Shown here one piece after another: positions 23,951-35,400 of a DNA stretch of 64,000 nucleotides. Within the stretch, counting starts at the first letter, position 1, and each line of letters begins with the position of its first letter. The notes beneath the pieces are model-generated. The model was given only the letters and a program-made list of their open reading frames with translations, was not told the DNA's origin and ran no database searches. The DNA is from Trypanosoma brucei. Lineage: Eukaryota. The DNA lies in assembly GCA_000002445.1 (NCBI GenBank), contig CH464491.1, positions 4,384,001 through 4,448,000 of the forward strand. Reading direction: 5' to 3'. A program made the position numbers and the translations under genes.

Positions 23951-25924
23951 TCATCGTTTTGTTGCACCATCTCGAAAAGAATATCGGTGACCCGCTACAC
24001 TGTGCTGAGAACTCGGCTTATCAGACACTTTCCGCGGTGGTCCTTCTAATTCACCGTTATCGTGTGTGCGTTTCACATGTTTCTTCCTTTGTTTATGGTC
24101 ACTGCCATTGTTGTTTTGCTCCCCACACCCGAGGTCCATCTTTTCATCTTTGTGTGCTGAAAAGGAAGTGGTACTTCCATTGGAATGCAGGCCTGCGCCT
24201 GGAATACCATTTGAACTGGGTGGTCGTAACCCTTTTGAAACTAATGGACTACATGCATCTTGTGGGGCAGGGCCGGCACCGACAGCTACGCCACTCGGCC
24301 CATAGGAAGTGATACCCGAATTATTTGTACCATTAGGAAGCAGAGGAAACAGGTAGTTGGGCTTCACTGACTTACCTAACGCGCTGCACGACTTCCACTC
24401 TCTCTTTTGCTCAGGCTTGACTTCAGATTTGGCCTGCTTAACCTTGGGTCCACTTTGGGCAGCAGATGCCTTGACCCGTTGTACATCGGGCGACCGAGAA
24501 ATATTCTTCGCACTAAGCCTTAAGCAACCCGTAACTTTCATCGCCTGCACTCCATTGTAATTTTTGTCACCCACTGAATTGGTACCACTTCTCGGAACAG
24601 GTTTTGTAACCTGAACACCGGGCGGAAGTCCAGAAGGGTACGGATGCGCCTGGCGGGGCCCGATATTGGGTAACTCACCACTAAGTGCCATAGTTGCCCC
24701 TACTGTTGATCCTATATAATGACTCCATAGCGCTCCAAGCTGGTGGAAAGAGTTACTATTGCTATCCACAACAACACTTCCTCCAACGCCTCCCACCACT
24801 TCACTGGAAACGCCCATCGTGGTATTCTTACTTTCTGCAGAGTCAACCTTGTCGGTTGTTTCCGCATCTAATGACGGGGCGGCCAGCCTCGGTAGTGTGA
24901 GTTCAGCATCCACGCGATCGTTGCCTAAGGTTTGCTGCTGGTGTTGTTGTTCTCTCGAAAAATTGTGATCGGGACTAGTTGGCGCTACATCCACTAATGG
25001 AGGCTGACAATGTTGGAAAAGCTCCCGTAGCTCCAGTTCGTACGTAGCGCGGAAGTTGTTCTCCGTAAAGTACGCCATACTCATGAGCGCCGTGCACGAA
25101 GGTCGCTCGACTGGGTCCATGCGGAGGCACGAAGTAAGAAATTCTAACCATGGCGATGCTGCGGTGGGGAAACGCTGCTGCAGCGTCTCTTCCACATCAA
25201 CGTTAGGGAAGGTTACACGGCGATACAAGGCATTGTGTTCAAACGTAGAAACCATCTGCTGCGGGACGGGCCCGCAAGCACGCATGATAAGCGAGAGCTG
25301 ATCCAAGTCAGAGTCTCCGGGGAAAAGCGGCTGTCCGTCGGAGAGCTCTGAAAAAACGCAACCAATAGCCCAAACATCAACCGCTTTGCCATATGATACA
25401 TCACCAACTAGTAACTCCGGTGCACGATACCAGCGAGTTGCAACATATTCCGTATAATTCCCCCGACACGACAACTGCCTGGCGAAACCAAAGTCGCACA
25501 ACTTCAGAACGCCGTCCCTAGATACTAGGATGTTTTCTGGCTTTACATCGCGGTGAATGATATTGTGTGCATGGCAGTAACTCACACCGTTCAATAACTG
25601 AAAGGTGTACCGCCGTACCTCATCGGGTGAAAGTCCATACTTCTTTTCCTCAATCAGCTGCAGAATCGTGTTCTCAACATACTCAAAAACAAGATAAAGC
25701 TTCCCATCGCGGCGAAATACATCTAACAGGGCTATGACGTTAGGGTGGCGTAACTGCTTCAGCACACGTACCTCCCGAAGCGACGTTTTGCGGACGTGAT
25801 CGTCATCTTCAGCCTGTTTGTACTTTTTAATAGCAACGATGCGTGATGTCGCCCGGTGCCGCGCCTTCACAACTACACCATAAGTCCCCTCCCCAAGCAT
25901 ACCAAGTGTTTCGTACGCATCCAT
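23951..25924 (-). CDS. CDKL-family (cyclin-dependent kinase-like) Ser/Thr protein kinase with TEY activation loop and ~340-aa low-complexity C-terminal extension, 657 aa
   Basis: Kinase subdomains GEGTYGVVVKARH, AIKK, HRDVKPENILV, DFGFAR, TEYVATRWYRAPE. High similarity to remembered CDKL1/2 sequence (VFRRDGKLYLVFEYVENTIL, DVWAIGCVF, PGDSDLDQL). Confidence 0.9.
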   Translation of the reverse strand: MDAYETLGMLGEGTYGVVVKARHRATSRIVAIKKYKQAEDDDHVRKTSLREVRVLKQLRHPNVIALLDVFRRDGKLYLVFEYVENTILQLIEEKKYGLSPDEVRRYTFQLLNGVSYCHAHNIIHRDVKPENILVSRDGVLKLCDFGFARQLSCRGNYTEYVATRWYRAPELLVGDVSYGKAVDVWAIGCVFSELSDGQPLFPGDSDLDQLSLIMRACGPVPQQMVSTFEHNALYRRVTFPNVDVEETLQQRFPTAASPWLEFLTSCLRMDPVERPSCTALMSMAYFTENNFRATYELELRELFQHCQPPLVDVAPTSPDHNFSREQQHQQQTLGNDRVDAELTLPRLAAPSLDAETTDKVDSAESKNTTMGVSSEVVGGVGGSVVVDSNSNSFHQLGALWSHYIGSTVGATMALSGELPNIGPRQAHPYPSGLPPGVQVTKPVPRSGTNSVGDKNYNGVQAMKVTGCLRLSAKNISRSPDVQRVKASAAQSGPKVKQAKSEVKPEQKREWKSCSALGKSVKPNYLFPLLPNGTNNSGITSYGPSGVAVGAGPAPQDACSPLVSKGLRPPSSNGIPGAGLHSNGSTTSFSAHKDEKMDLGCGEQNNNGSDHKQRKKHVKRTHDNGELEGPPRKVSDKPSSQHSVAGHRYSFRDGATKR

Positions 25925-27214
25925 TGCGTTCGTATTCCTCTCTCACTTCCCTTTCCTCCCTTTCTTTTTGTTTTTGTTCTTTTTAAAGACACCTCCTTTG
26001 GGTACGAACTTTTCCCTCTTTTGAATGCTTTGGTTTGCTTCCTCTTCTCCCTTTATTCGTCCCTTTTCCCAAAATCTGTGCGGAGGGTTACACAACTGAT
26101 CTCCTTCGCTTCCCAGTGATCGCTTTGATTTAATTCAGTTGCACACGTAAGTATTCTTCTCACTACCTCTCCTCCACCTTTTTCCCCCTCTCCTTTTCTC
26201 TTTTTTTTTCTAATGTACTGGATGTATCGTCCGTTTCAATGTTTGTTTTTATATCTCTCTCTCTCTTGATCAACTGTAAGTGTCTTGTGCTGTTTCCCTT
26301 TTCCTTTCCCTGCAAATGTCGCCTCCTTTGTGATATCCAGTTTGTGACCGTGTACGCGCTTATATAAACGCACGTCCACTTGCGTGCGTGTGTTTAAGTA
26401 CTATAATACAACTTAGTGTATGGCAGCAGCGGAAATGGAACGGATAACACAGTTATAGTTCTCTTGTGCTGTGACTGATTTTTTTTCTTTCTTTCTTTTC
26501 TTCCTCTCCCTCTTCCACCTTTCCTCACTGTATGTTGGAGTCCGTCCTTTGCAGCAGCACGCGGGTGTTTTTCTCCCAAGATAGGCTCCTACAATAATCC
26601 CGTGGAGGAGGTACGCACAAATATATATATATATATATTTAATGATAATAACAATAACAATAGCAGACGCACAGCCAAAGAGTCTGCAAATGAACGAATG
26701 AGCAAATGCGACGAGCCAAATTCTTCAGTCACACGCAACCGACTCACTCAATAGCACAGAGCAGGTTAAACGAAGACTATACAAAAGGGAAAAGGTCCTG
26801 AACGGCGCCTTTCCGAAACAACGGGGTGATAAGAGTAAGGATGACAAAGACAGAGAAGGAAAGAAAGAGAGAAATTCAATAATTTTTTTTAAAAAAAGTA
26901 AAGGTTACCGGCTGAAACCACTGAAGTGCAGCTCCCACCTAATGAGGAGCCACTCACCCTAAACCTATTACCTAATCGCAGTTGCAAATCAGAGGGAAAG
27001 GGAAATAGGAAAATTAGCACGGGCAACGGTAGGAATATAGGTTAGATTGAGCAGCTCGACACATTCTCAAAAACGCACGGAAAGGAAGAAGGGAAAGACA
27101 AAAATAAAACGCCGTGAAATGCAATCTAAGTGGTGCTTTCAGCCCACAAGAATAGAAGACAGAAAACGAAATTCCTCTGCCAAAACAAAAAAAAAGAAGG
27201 TGGAGCAGTTTTTC

Positions 27215-29770
27215 CTATACGTTAGCCTCCAAAGTGTTCTCACTTGAAAGAACGAGACGCACAAATGTTAGGGCTGCACGCAACATACCTGCCGTCACCG
27301 CAACGGGTTCCACAAAACTTAGAGTGGCAGGTCCCTCATTCCAATCCACACTCCCGCAAAACCCACTAGCAACGCGTGATGTTGGTCCCTCACTCTCACT
27401 ATTGTCGCTCCCGCTGCTCTCAGTGTCACTTTTGCAGAAGTAGCGACGCTGCGTCTCGCGGTCGTAACTCGTCACATTTATATGGTCATCGTAAAATGCC
27501 AAGTCCTCGCGAATGTAAACATGCAGCGCCGATGCGTTGTGAACCGCCCTCATGGAGGGTCGTGGGTTCTCGCTCCTTCGCCACAACTCATCGCTTTCGA
27601 ACTGCAGCCAGGCACGCCTTAGCGGGTAATGATGATCCGTCACGTAACCCACCACACGCCGTGGTAGCTCACACAACGCCTCGCTAAGCACATCCAACAC
27701 AGCGGCTAAAACGGGCACATCTCCCGTTAATGGGATAGACGCAGATTGGCATTGACATCCTCCGGCGCTAGACCTTAGAGACTCGGCAATGGCCCTCATC
27801 TGTCGCGCCAACGACATTTGAAGGGCACCACCAGCACGTACAAAACCAAGGCCACATTCAGCAGCCCAACCACGGCCAGCAACCGACGTGTCCACCGCCA
27901 ACAACACACAACCCGCGCACTTCAACAACAAAGCGATGTGGGATCGCTGCAAATGTGAAGATGGACTTACGAGTAACATCGTTCCAACTTCTCCAACAGC
28001 GGCGTCGTGGGGACATGCGGGGGTTGGACTGGAGGTATTCCCATCTATTTTCAAGAGCAGTCCTCTCTTTGCGGAACTGTCCACCCGCTTCGGCCCTGTG
28101 AAGGGGAAATGAGGGGCAAGTAAGGTTTCAAGATCGCCGTGTGCCACAAAACGGGCGGGAATAATAACGTTAGCGAGGCGGTCTGGGAGCACTAACCTCC
28201 CGCGACGCAATACAGCCACATCGGGGCACGCGCACATGTCTTCACTAGTGCTGAAAGTATCCCGACGGCACACCTGAAGACGACGGATCATGGCGTCGAA
28301 GGCGGTTGTGTCCACTTCATCAACCATGAAAACTGGGGCGGCACCCACAACACCATTGTGAGAATTGCGCTCTGCATAATAGCGCGCGCCAAACGTCTTC
28401 ATCACGGGTGGGGCATGGGAGGGAGTTATGATGACTGACACATCATTGGCCCACGCCCAGTCGTACAGCATTCTTGACGCCTCCAACTGAGCCTTCTGCT
28501 GGTCTGCTGACGTCCATTCACCCTCAATTTGTCTCGCTCCGCCCTTCGGACGCCCCATTTCCACCTCACCAACCTCGCTTTCGTTACTTCGTGTTGGTGG
28601 TGGTGGTGGTGGCCTTGCATGTAAGAAGTCTAAGAGGCCTCCTTCGTGGTCTATAACGAGGAGCATGACCAAATAACATCGACCACCACTCGTAGCGCTG
28701 TCAGTGCATGAACCGTCACAATTACGGCTGCCGCTGCCAATTGTCCCCCGTCCATCCAGTACAAAGTGAGGGGTGTCTGCACCCTGATGAGCATTGAAGG
28801 TGGGGGCGACAGTCGGTAGGAAAAAGGAACCACAAGGAAAACTCCGCGAGTACGTAAGTGCCGAACCGAGGCACGGAACTAAGCACGTTGCTGGGTCTTC
28901 CAGAAGCAGCCGCGCCCGTGCGGATATCGTTTGAGCAGGCACTGCATTTCTTCCATGGTGGAAAGGCGTACAGAGAAAGTCCAAAAGAAGCTTCTCAAGC
29001 ACCAACAATGCATCACCTTCAACTTCCGTAGACAAGGTAAAATGAATGCATCCAGCTAGCACGCTCCGTGGCACAGACGTCTTACACCTGTGAGAGGGCA
29101 CCTGCAGGTCCCGTAAGGACGCAGTCACTATTCTCTCAATAAAATCCATTGCGCTAACTTCCCCATCCACTGAGATGGGCGACACCGAAATGTCTCGTAA
29201 CTCCCCAGGACTAGTTAAGGCACGGAGGATACGTATTATACGCAACCGATTTCTTGTAGCAGACATGGTATCTACCACAGGATAGCGTGCTTCAGAACTT
29301 AGTAACTGCCTCAACAAAGAAGCGCAGAGTACCAGTAACCTCCCGTGACCATCTATAAGCTGCTGTTTACGTTTAAAATCTTTTTTGGGGTGAAGGGCAG
29401 AAGGCCCTGCACCACTTCCCGCGAAGAAGGCGCGACAGAGTTCATAGTACGTAGGGAACTCACTTAGTTTGCACAGCACATCACCCGCCCTTGGGCGCAA
29501 AATTATTACTTCACCTTCGGCACCAACGGAGAGAGTCAGTTGACCATACGGGCCGATGTGCAACTCCATCGAACATTCCTGAAGTGCGCGCGCAAAAAAA
29601 ACCATGGAGGGACGTGAATGATGGACGGCAAACCCCACCGCCTGTACACGCCTTTGCTCCTCGTGGGGATTATTTTGGTGGAACTCGCGTATGGGGTACC
29701 CGTATTCAGTGGTAAAATGATCCCGAGTGTAACTCACAGTGCTATGCATATATTTACCCTTCATTTCCAA
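27215..29770 (-). CDS. Conserved hypothetical protein, 851 aa
   Basis: Long uninterrupted ORF with coding-like composition. A purine run on the + strand at 29905-29932 is a polypyrimidine tract on the coding strand just upstream of the ATG. No confident domain assignment; a PPPPPP linker and an acidic Ser-rich C-terminus are present. Confidence 0.7.
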   Translation of the reverse strand: MEMKGKYMHSTVSYTRDHFTTEYGYPIREFHQNNPHEEQRRVQAVGFAVHHSRPSMVFFARALQECSMELHIGPYGQLTLSVGAEGEVIILRPRAGDVLCKLSEFPTYYELCRAFFAGSGAGPSALHPKKDFKRKQQLIDGHGRLLVLCASLLRQLLSSEARYPVVDTMSATRNRLRIIRILRALTSPGELRDISVSPISVDGEVSAMDFIERIVTASLRDLQVPSHRCKTSVPRSVLAGCIHFTLSTEVEGDALLVLEKLLLDFLCTPFHHGRNAVPAQTISARARLLLEDPATCLVPCLGSALTYSRSFPCGSFFLPTVAPTFNAHQGADTPHFVLDGRGTIGSGSRNCDGSCTDSATSGGRCYLVMLLVIDHEGGLLDFLHARPPPPPPTRSNESEVGEVEMGRPKGGARQIEGEWTSADQQKAQLEASRMLYDWAWANDVSVIITPSHAPPVMKTFGARYYAERNSHNGVVGAAPVFMVDEVDTTAFDAMIRRLQVCRRDTFSTSEDMCACPDVAVLRRGRLVLPDRLANVIIPARFVAHGDLETLLAPHFPFTGPKRVDSSAKRGLLLKIDGNTSSPTPACPHDAAVGEVGTMLLVSPSSHLQRSHIALLLKCAGCVLLAVDTSVAGRGWAAECGLGFVRAGGALQMSLARQMRAIAESLRSSAGGCQCQSASIPLTGDVPVLAAVLDVLSEALCELPRRVVGYVTDHHYPLRRAWLQFESDELWRRSENPRPSMRAVHNASALHVYIREDLAFYDDHINVTSYDRETQRRYFCKSDTESSGSDNSESEGPTSRVASGFCGSVDWNEGPATLSFVEPVAVTAGMLRAALTFVRLVLSSENTLEANV

Positions 29771-29904
29771 TGTTGCTACCGTCCCTCCAACCTCGGCTTT
29801 TTGAGGTGGGAAAAAAGCTTCGTATGTACTGAGAGTTTAATTTTACATCAATATGCTGCTTTAAAAGCGGATCTAGAGTAAGATTGGGGCGATAACCGAC
29901 CGAT

Positions 29905-29932
29905 GGAGAAAAAGAAAAAGAAAGACAATGGG
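29905..29932 (-). promoter_or_regulatory. Candidate polypyrimidine tract for trans-splicing of the 851-aa gene mRNA
   Basis: The + strand ggagaaaaagaaaaagaaagacaatgg is 135-160 nt upstream of the ATG at 29770. Confidence 0.4.
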
Positions 29933-31151
29933 GCTATCGGCGCTCTCACGTTACTGTCTTGTTTAGGAAATAGCAACAAAATAAAAATTAAGAGAAAGAA
30001 GATGTGGGAGATAAGTGTAAATGATCAACTAACACTTTTTTTTCTTTTTGCAAATGCAACTAGTGGTAAAAGCGGTGAATATAAAAGATGACCTAAGAAT
30101 AGAGAGAAGGGAAGGGAAGGGGAACTGAAGGTAGTGGGGCGGAAAGAACACATTAAAACAGATTTCCCCCATATCGCAACGAAAGAAGGGCAAAAAAAAA
30201 AAGGAAAAAAAAGATGTTGACACTACGAGGAATGGCACGTGAACCAAAAGGTTGACGGGAGAAAGCAAAGTAGTGAGCACACGTAAGAGCGTGATTTGCA
30301 AAGGCAAATATTATATAATGTATCACAAAAACGGGGAAAGCAAAGCAAAAGTAACAGTAACAGTAACAGCGAAAGACAACATATACTCGGATAAATAATC
30401 CTCCTTTCTCTCAGATGTTGTTGTTTCCCTCACGTGTTCTCAGCCAATCAAACATTCTCCTCAGTGGCAAACACTCATCCCTTTCCCCCTCCTTTTTTAC
30501 TATACCCAAAGGTATAGTCATCCACTCATGTGAGCCGCCAACACCTCCCATACACACACTTTACAAACACACATAAGCACAAAGCTGAAACGAAGGCAGA
30601 AATGGATATGAAAAGATCAAAAAAAAACGGCCACTGCAGATGCCGTGCTTGCGCTCGTACTGGCATTTCCACGTGCGGCGGCGAGAAACATGAAGAAACG
30701 CGGTTTCAACAAAAAAGAGCTGATCAGAAACAACCAGGAAGGAGATGGTAAATGGTGCGCAACGACAATCGGGTGCAATCGATTTGAAACGGCCCTCCTC
30801 CACTGCGTAAAGAGGGGAGCTTACGGTATTCGCAGGTGCACGAAACAAAAAATAAAAGTGCTCACTCAAAGCGAGACAAGCAGTTAATATAAGTAGACTA
30901 GCGGTGAAAAAAAACAACAACAACAACAAAAATCAACGGATAGTCCACTCATCAGCACCCCTTTCGCATAATTTCCTTCACCCGTATCTTTTAATTACAT
31001 TGCGTCAGTTTACGCAAGCGCGCCGCATGCACAAAGTTTCACACAGCTTCACAAAAGCGCAGATTCCCCTTCCATTACCTGCTCCTTCCCACCCACCTCA
31101 CACACACTACCAGTCAGCCCTGGTTTCAGTCCTTTTATTATGTCACTCCTC

Positions 31152-32408
31152 TTATTTGTCACCCTTGTCCCGTCTCGCCGCACTCTTGCGGTACTGTTCA
31201 AGCTCCTCATCCTTCTGCCTTCGGATCGTGTCTATTGTCGGCTCACCAAACCCACCCTCTCCCATATCATACAATCGCTTAAGCATTGCGTCACTCTGCG
31301 CACGCCCGCCGCCAGCCTTCGGAGGGAACATCGCATCCAACGGTACCTTCCAGCGGTCGAGCTCGGAATCGCCAGTTGATTGCGTGACCGGTCCTCCACT
31401 CGGGCCGTCGCACAGTGGCGGGTCCCCGATGTCGACAAACGTGTCGTTCTCAGGCATAATAAGAATTGTACCACGTTCTACGTCCAACTCCACCTGTCGG
31501 GCGTCAAAGGGTGTAAGGAAGAGAAGATGATTAAGAAGCAACCGCAGCTTCGCGGAGTCTGCATCACTGGAGAAGACGAGGTAAGCACCATAGAGGTGTG
31601 CGATAAAGCGAAGGCAGCGAGTGAGAGTCTTCATTTGCTCCATTGGTCCCGGGAAGGCGTCGACCTTGTTGCACACAATCACTGTTGGCAGGCCGGAGAG
31701 ACGAACGCGCTTCAGATCGGGGTGTCCCTCACCCAACGCCCGTTGCGCTCGGGCGTGGAGTTTATCGGGAGTGTTGGATCCCTTCGCCCGCATCTTTTGC
31801 AGTATCTCATTGGCTCGACGGTCAACACGCTTCAACCAATACGCAAGCGTGTCCCACATGGACGAGGGATCCGAAAAATCCACAACGATAGCGATGTGCA
31901 TTAAGTGAACGTTCTCAGGTGTGATAACCACCTCACATAACTGTGACAGCTCCATCCCCTGCGCAAGCTCCCAGAAGTGCACAGTCTGCGAAACGTGGCG
32001 GTCGCTGCGCGTCGTATATTGATAGTCCAGTGCCGTTGTTGGTTTCACTTTAGTCTTGCCCTTACCTGATGTATTTCCCCCCGCGCCAATTGCGGAACAC
32101 ACTCGCTGAATAACGCTAGTTTTTCCCGCCCCGGAGCAACCAACAACGAATAGGTTCGCCTCGCTCTGCGGAAGGTTATTCTCTTTTGTATTTAGTGCAA
32201 TATTCTGCCACAAATCCTTTGTTGGATCCACGACGATTTGTGGTGCAGCGGGGGCTGGAGGGGCGGCTGAATCGGCGGGAGCCACATCTGCTGCTGGTGG
32301 AGGTTTGCCATCTGCTGCTCCCGCGTCCGGAGGCATCCCGTTGGGTGCTGGTGGAGGTGGCACTTCAGTTCGCGCAGCTCCTCCAGCGGCACCGCCTTGC
32401 ATACTCAT
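31152..32408 (-). CDS. DYNC2LI1: Cytoplasmic dynein 2 (IFT dynein) light intermediate chain, 418 aa, with Pro/Ala-rich N-terminal extension
   Basis: P-loop VVGCSGAGKTSV. Shared blocks with remembered D2LIC/XBX-1: HFWELAQG, EGHPDLK, VIVCNKVD, RCLRFIAHLYGAYLVFSS, ELEQYRKS. Confidence 0.85.
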   Translation of the reverse strand: MSMQGGAAGGAARTEVPPPPAPNGMPPDAGAADGKPPPAADVAPADSAAPPAPAAPQIVVDPTKDLWQNIALNTKENNLPQSEANLFVVGCSGAGKTSVIQRVCSAIGAGGNTSGKGKTKVKPTTALDYQYTTRSDRHVSQTVHFWELAQGMELSQLCEVVITPENVHLMHIAIVVDFSDPSSMWDTLAYWLKRVDRRANEILQKMRAKGSNTPDKLHARAQRALGEGHPDLKRVRLSGLPTVIVCNKVDAFPGPMEQMKTLTRCLRFIAHLYGAYLVFSSDADSAKLRLLLNHLLFLTPFDARQVELDVERGTILIMPENDTFVDIGDPPLCDGPSGGPVTQSTGDSELDRWKVPLDAMFPPKAGGGRAQSDAMLKRLYDMGEGGFGEPTIDTIRRQKDEELEQYRKSAARRDKGDK

Positions 32409-35400
32409 TCAACTCGTGCCCTACACAATTCCGCGTACTTCGCTGACAAGTTATTAGGAGTAAATTAACTACACCTTCGCTCTTTGGCTCAGTGATGCCA
32501 ATATTTCGCCCACTTCCCTCGCCCAGTATTCTCCACGCTCTATCCCTTTTTTTCTTCCTTATTTCTTCTTTTTTTTTTTAAATGGCGATGAGGCGGTGTT
32601 GTTTTCGAATTCCTCCTTTTCCTTTTTCTTTCTAATTATTTACTTCGCCTCTCCACTGCCTTCTGACTCCTTTTGTATTCCTCTTCTCCGCGATATTTCC
32701 CTGAAGGCAACCGTCTCGTCCTTTTCGCTTTAAAGAAGCGCTTTTCCCTTTTCTTTTTTTTATTTTCTATTTCCTCTTGCCCTTTGTTTCCGCCTTCCGT
32801 CAAGTGGGAAGAGGACAATACTTTTCCAGAGGAAAACAACTTCCACAAGTATTGTATAATCAGCTAAATATATCTATCTTTATTGAGCAGGCGTGTCCGC
32901 AGCGGGTAGAGCAGACGCTACAAGGGCGTTCTGTCACAATATCGCAATCACTATATATATATATATAAATATATAAATATATAAATATATATACCCTTAA
33001 ACTTTGCTGCTGTAAACGTAGCAGTCAGTGTTGCTGTTTCTATTATTAATATTGCTCTTGCCTCGACCGGCTCTCAGTAAGTTATAACAAATGATAGTTT
33101 TTTTTTTTCTTTTGCGGTAGCCGTAGTTTGTTGTTTGGCTCCTCCCTCCCATACACAGTGGGTAATTGAGGTAAATAAACAAAAAAGTTCCAAAAAGGAG
33201 AAGAGAAAAAAAAAGAAAAAAAGAAAGAATAATTAGTCGAAACCACCTCAAGTACTGCAACAATAAGCTGGCACAAAGGAAAAAAGAACACACATACATG
33301 ACAACACATGATGAAAGAAAAAAAAACAGCAGAATAAAGAATGGTAAGCAACATCTAGCTTCACACTGTCGCACACAGGCACGGGCCAGTTCGGGAATAA
33401 CATTAAAGAGAAATACACACATATACATATATACACATGCATATATATTTATTTATGTATGTATTTATTTATACTTATTTATATATTGTGACATATAAAA
33501 GAACAAGGAAAATATAAACGCTTAAAACAGCCCACAGGAGTGTCCTTCACCCGCTCCCCCTTCCATCACATTTCAACCATTCAAAACCCTGGAAGTCTCA
33601 ACTTTCCCTCTACTTCCCTCTTCAACGCAACCATAACATTAATAAATAAATAAATAAATAAAAACAACCGAAGCACTTAAAATCAAATGTCCTCCACTTC
33701 ACATAAAACCTTCTCCTTCCCGTTTTGTTTCTCACAGCTGATTGGCATGCAGTTGAAAGGCGGGATTTTTTTTTTGAGGGAGGGGGGGATGTTAATCTTT
33801 CAATAAATTTGAAGAAAGAAAAAAAGGAAAAGGAAATGAAAGCCGCGTGCATCGCCTCAACATATAAATTGAATTAAAGTGGAAGGGCGCGAAAAAAAAA
33901 AAAGAGAAGAGAAGAGAAACCATCCCATCAGTTCGTTTTGTCCGTTATTTACCCCCGTTTTGAAACAAAAATAGAAATTTTTAAAATATTTAAATACCTA
34001 CTCCGTTTCTTTTCCGTATGTTTGTATATCCTTAATTTGAGTTTTTTTTTGCCCCTTTCCCCCCCTTTTTTTCTCACAGCTGCATTAAAGTTCACATCCC
34101 TTCCTTCTCTCTTTGGTTCTTCAGTCTCTTTTTTTTTTTAATTTTTTTGTAATTTTTCACATCATATCTGTAATCACTAACGCATGGCATAAAAGTGGGA
34201 ACAAGGTGTAGCGGAAAATGTTTAAACACAAAACAGATTAAATAAAAGATGGTAAATGTCAGAGAACTTTGGAGCGCAGGAGCATTTTTCCTTTTTTTTT
34301 TGAAATAATGAAAGTAACAATTTAAGTGTGAGAAAGAAAAAACAAACAACCAAGAAACCAAACAAAATGAATATATAAACATATATAAATATATATATAT
34401 ATATATTCTTAAATATTTATATAAGTCATGCCTGGTGGGAACAAGCGAATTTTTATGAAACAATGGGGGAAAGACATGAGGCCCCAACAACAAATAAATA
34501 TATAAATATAAGGAGTACAAAAATACAAATCGAAAAGAGATTAAACACGCGCAAAAAAAAAAAAAGAGGAGAAAACAAACATGTTTTTTTTTCTTTTCGG
34601 CTCCGAATGTGCAAATAAGCCATTACCTGAAAATGAATGAACGAATGAGCACAGGAGGTGAACAAACACCCGTCAAGGTGAAAGTAAAATGAATTACTGA
34701 GAATCAGTGGAAAATATGTAAAATAATAATAATAATAATGGCAACAATGAAAATAACAACAATTAATAATAATTAATAAAGAAAACATGCATGAGTACAT
34801 GGAAACAACACGCCACAACCAAAAAATTTGTTTGAAAAGTAAAAATTCTTGGAATCTTCATCCCTCTTTCGCATGTCCTTCCATCCACTCTCTCATTTGT
34901 CTCGTGTTGTTTTTATTTCTTGTTTTCTTTAATTTCTTTTTCTTTTGGCATTCGATGCGCGAGAACACTTATATAATTAATAATTATTATTATTTTCACA
35001 TTTTCTCTCCCCCGCCCTTTTCCCCCATCTTATTTCATGTACATTTCCGCCCTCCGCAACATCAGGCAACTGGCGCCGCTGCTGTGCCCTCATATTTCTT
35101 TTGTTTTTTGCTCTTTTGTTATTTTTTTGTTATTTTGTAGGTCGTGTCGCATCATAACTTTTTTGACTGATCTCACCTTCTTTCCCCCTCCCCCCACTTT
35201 TCTTTGCTAAAGTTAATTTACTAATTGTCATTATTATTATTATTACCTTTCTCTTTCTTTTAAAAAAAAAAAAAACATGCCTCCCACCAACACACATACA
35301 CACACATTTTGTTTTGTTTTGTTTTGCTGCATTAAATATTTCGTACGGCCATCGCTCGCTCTTCACTCATTTCATCCCTCAGTCAGTAAATTCGTTTTTT

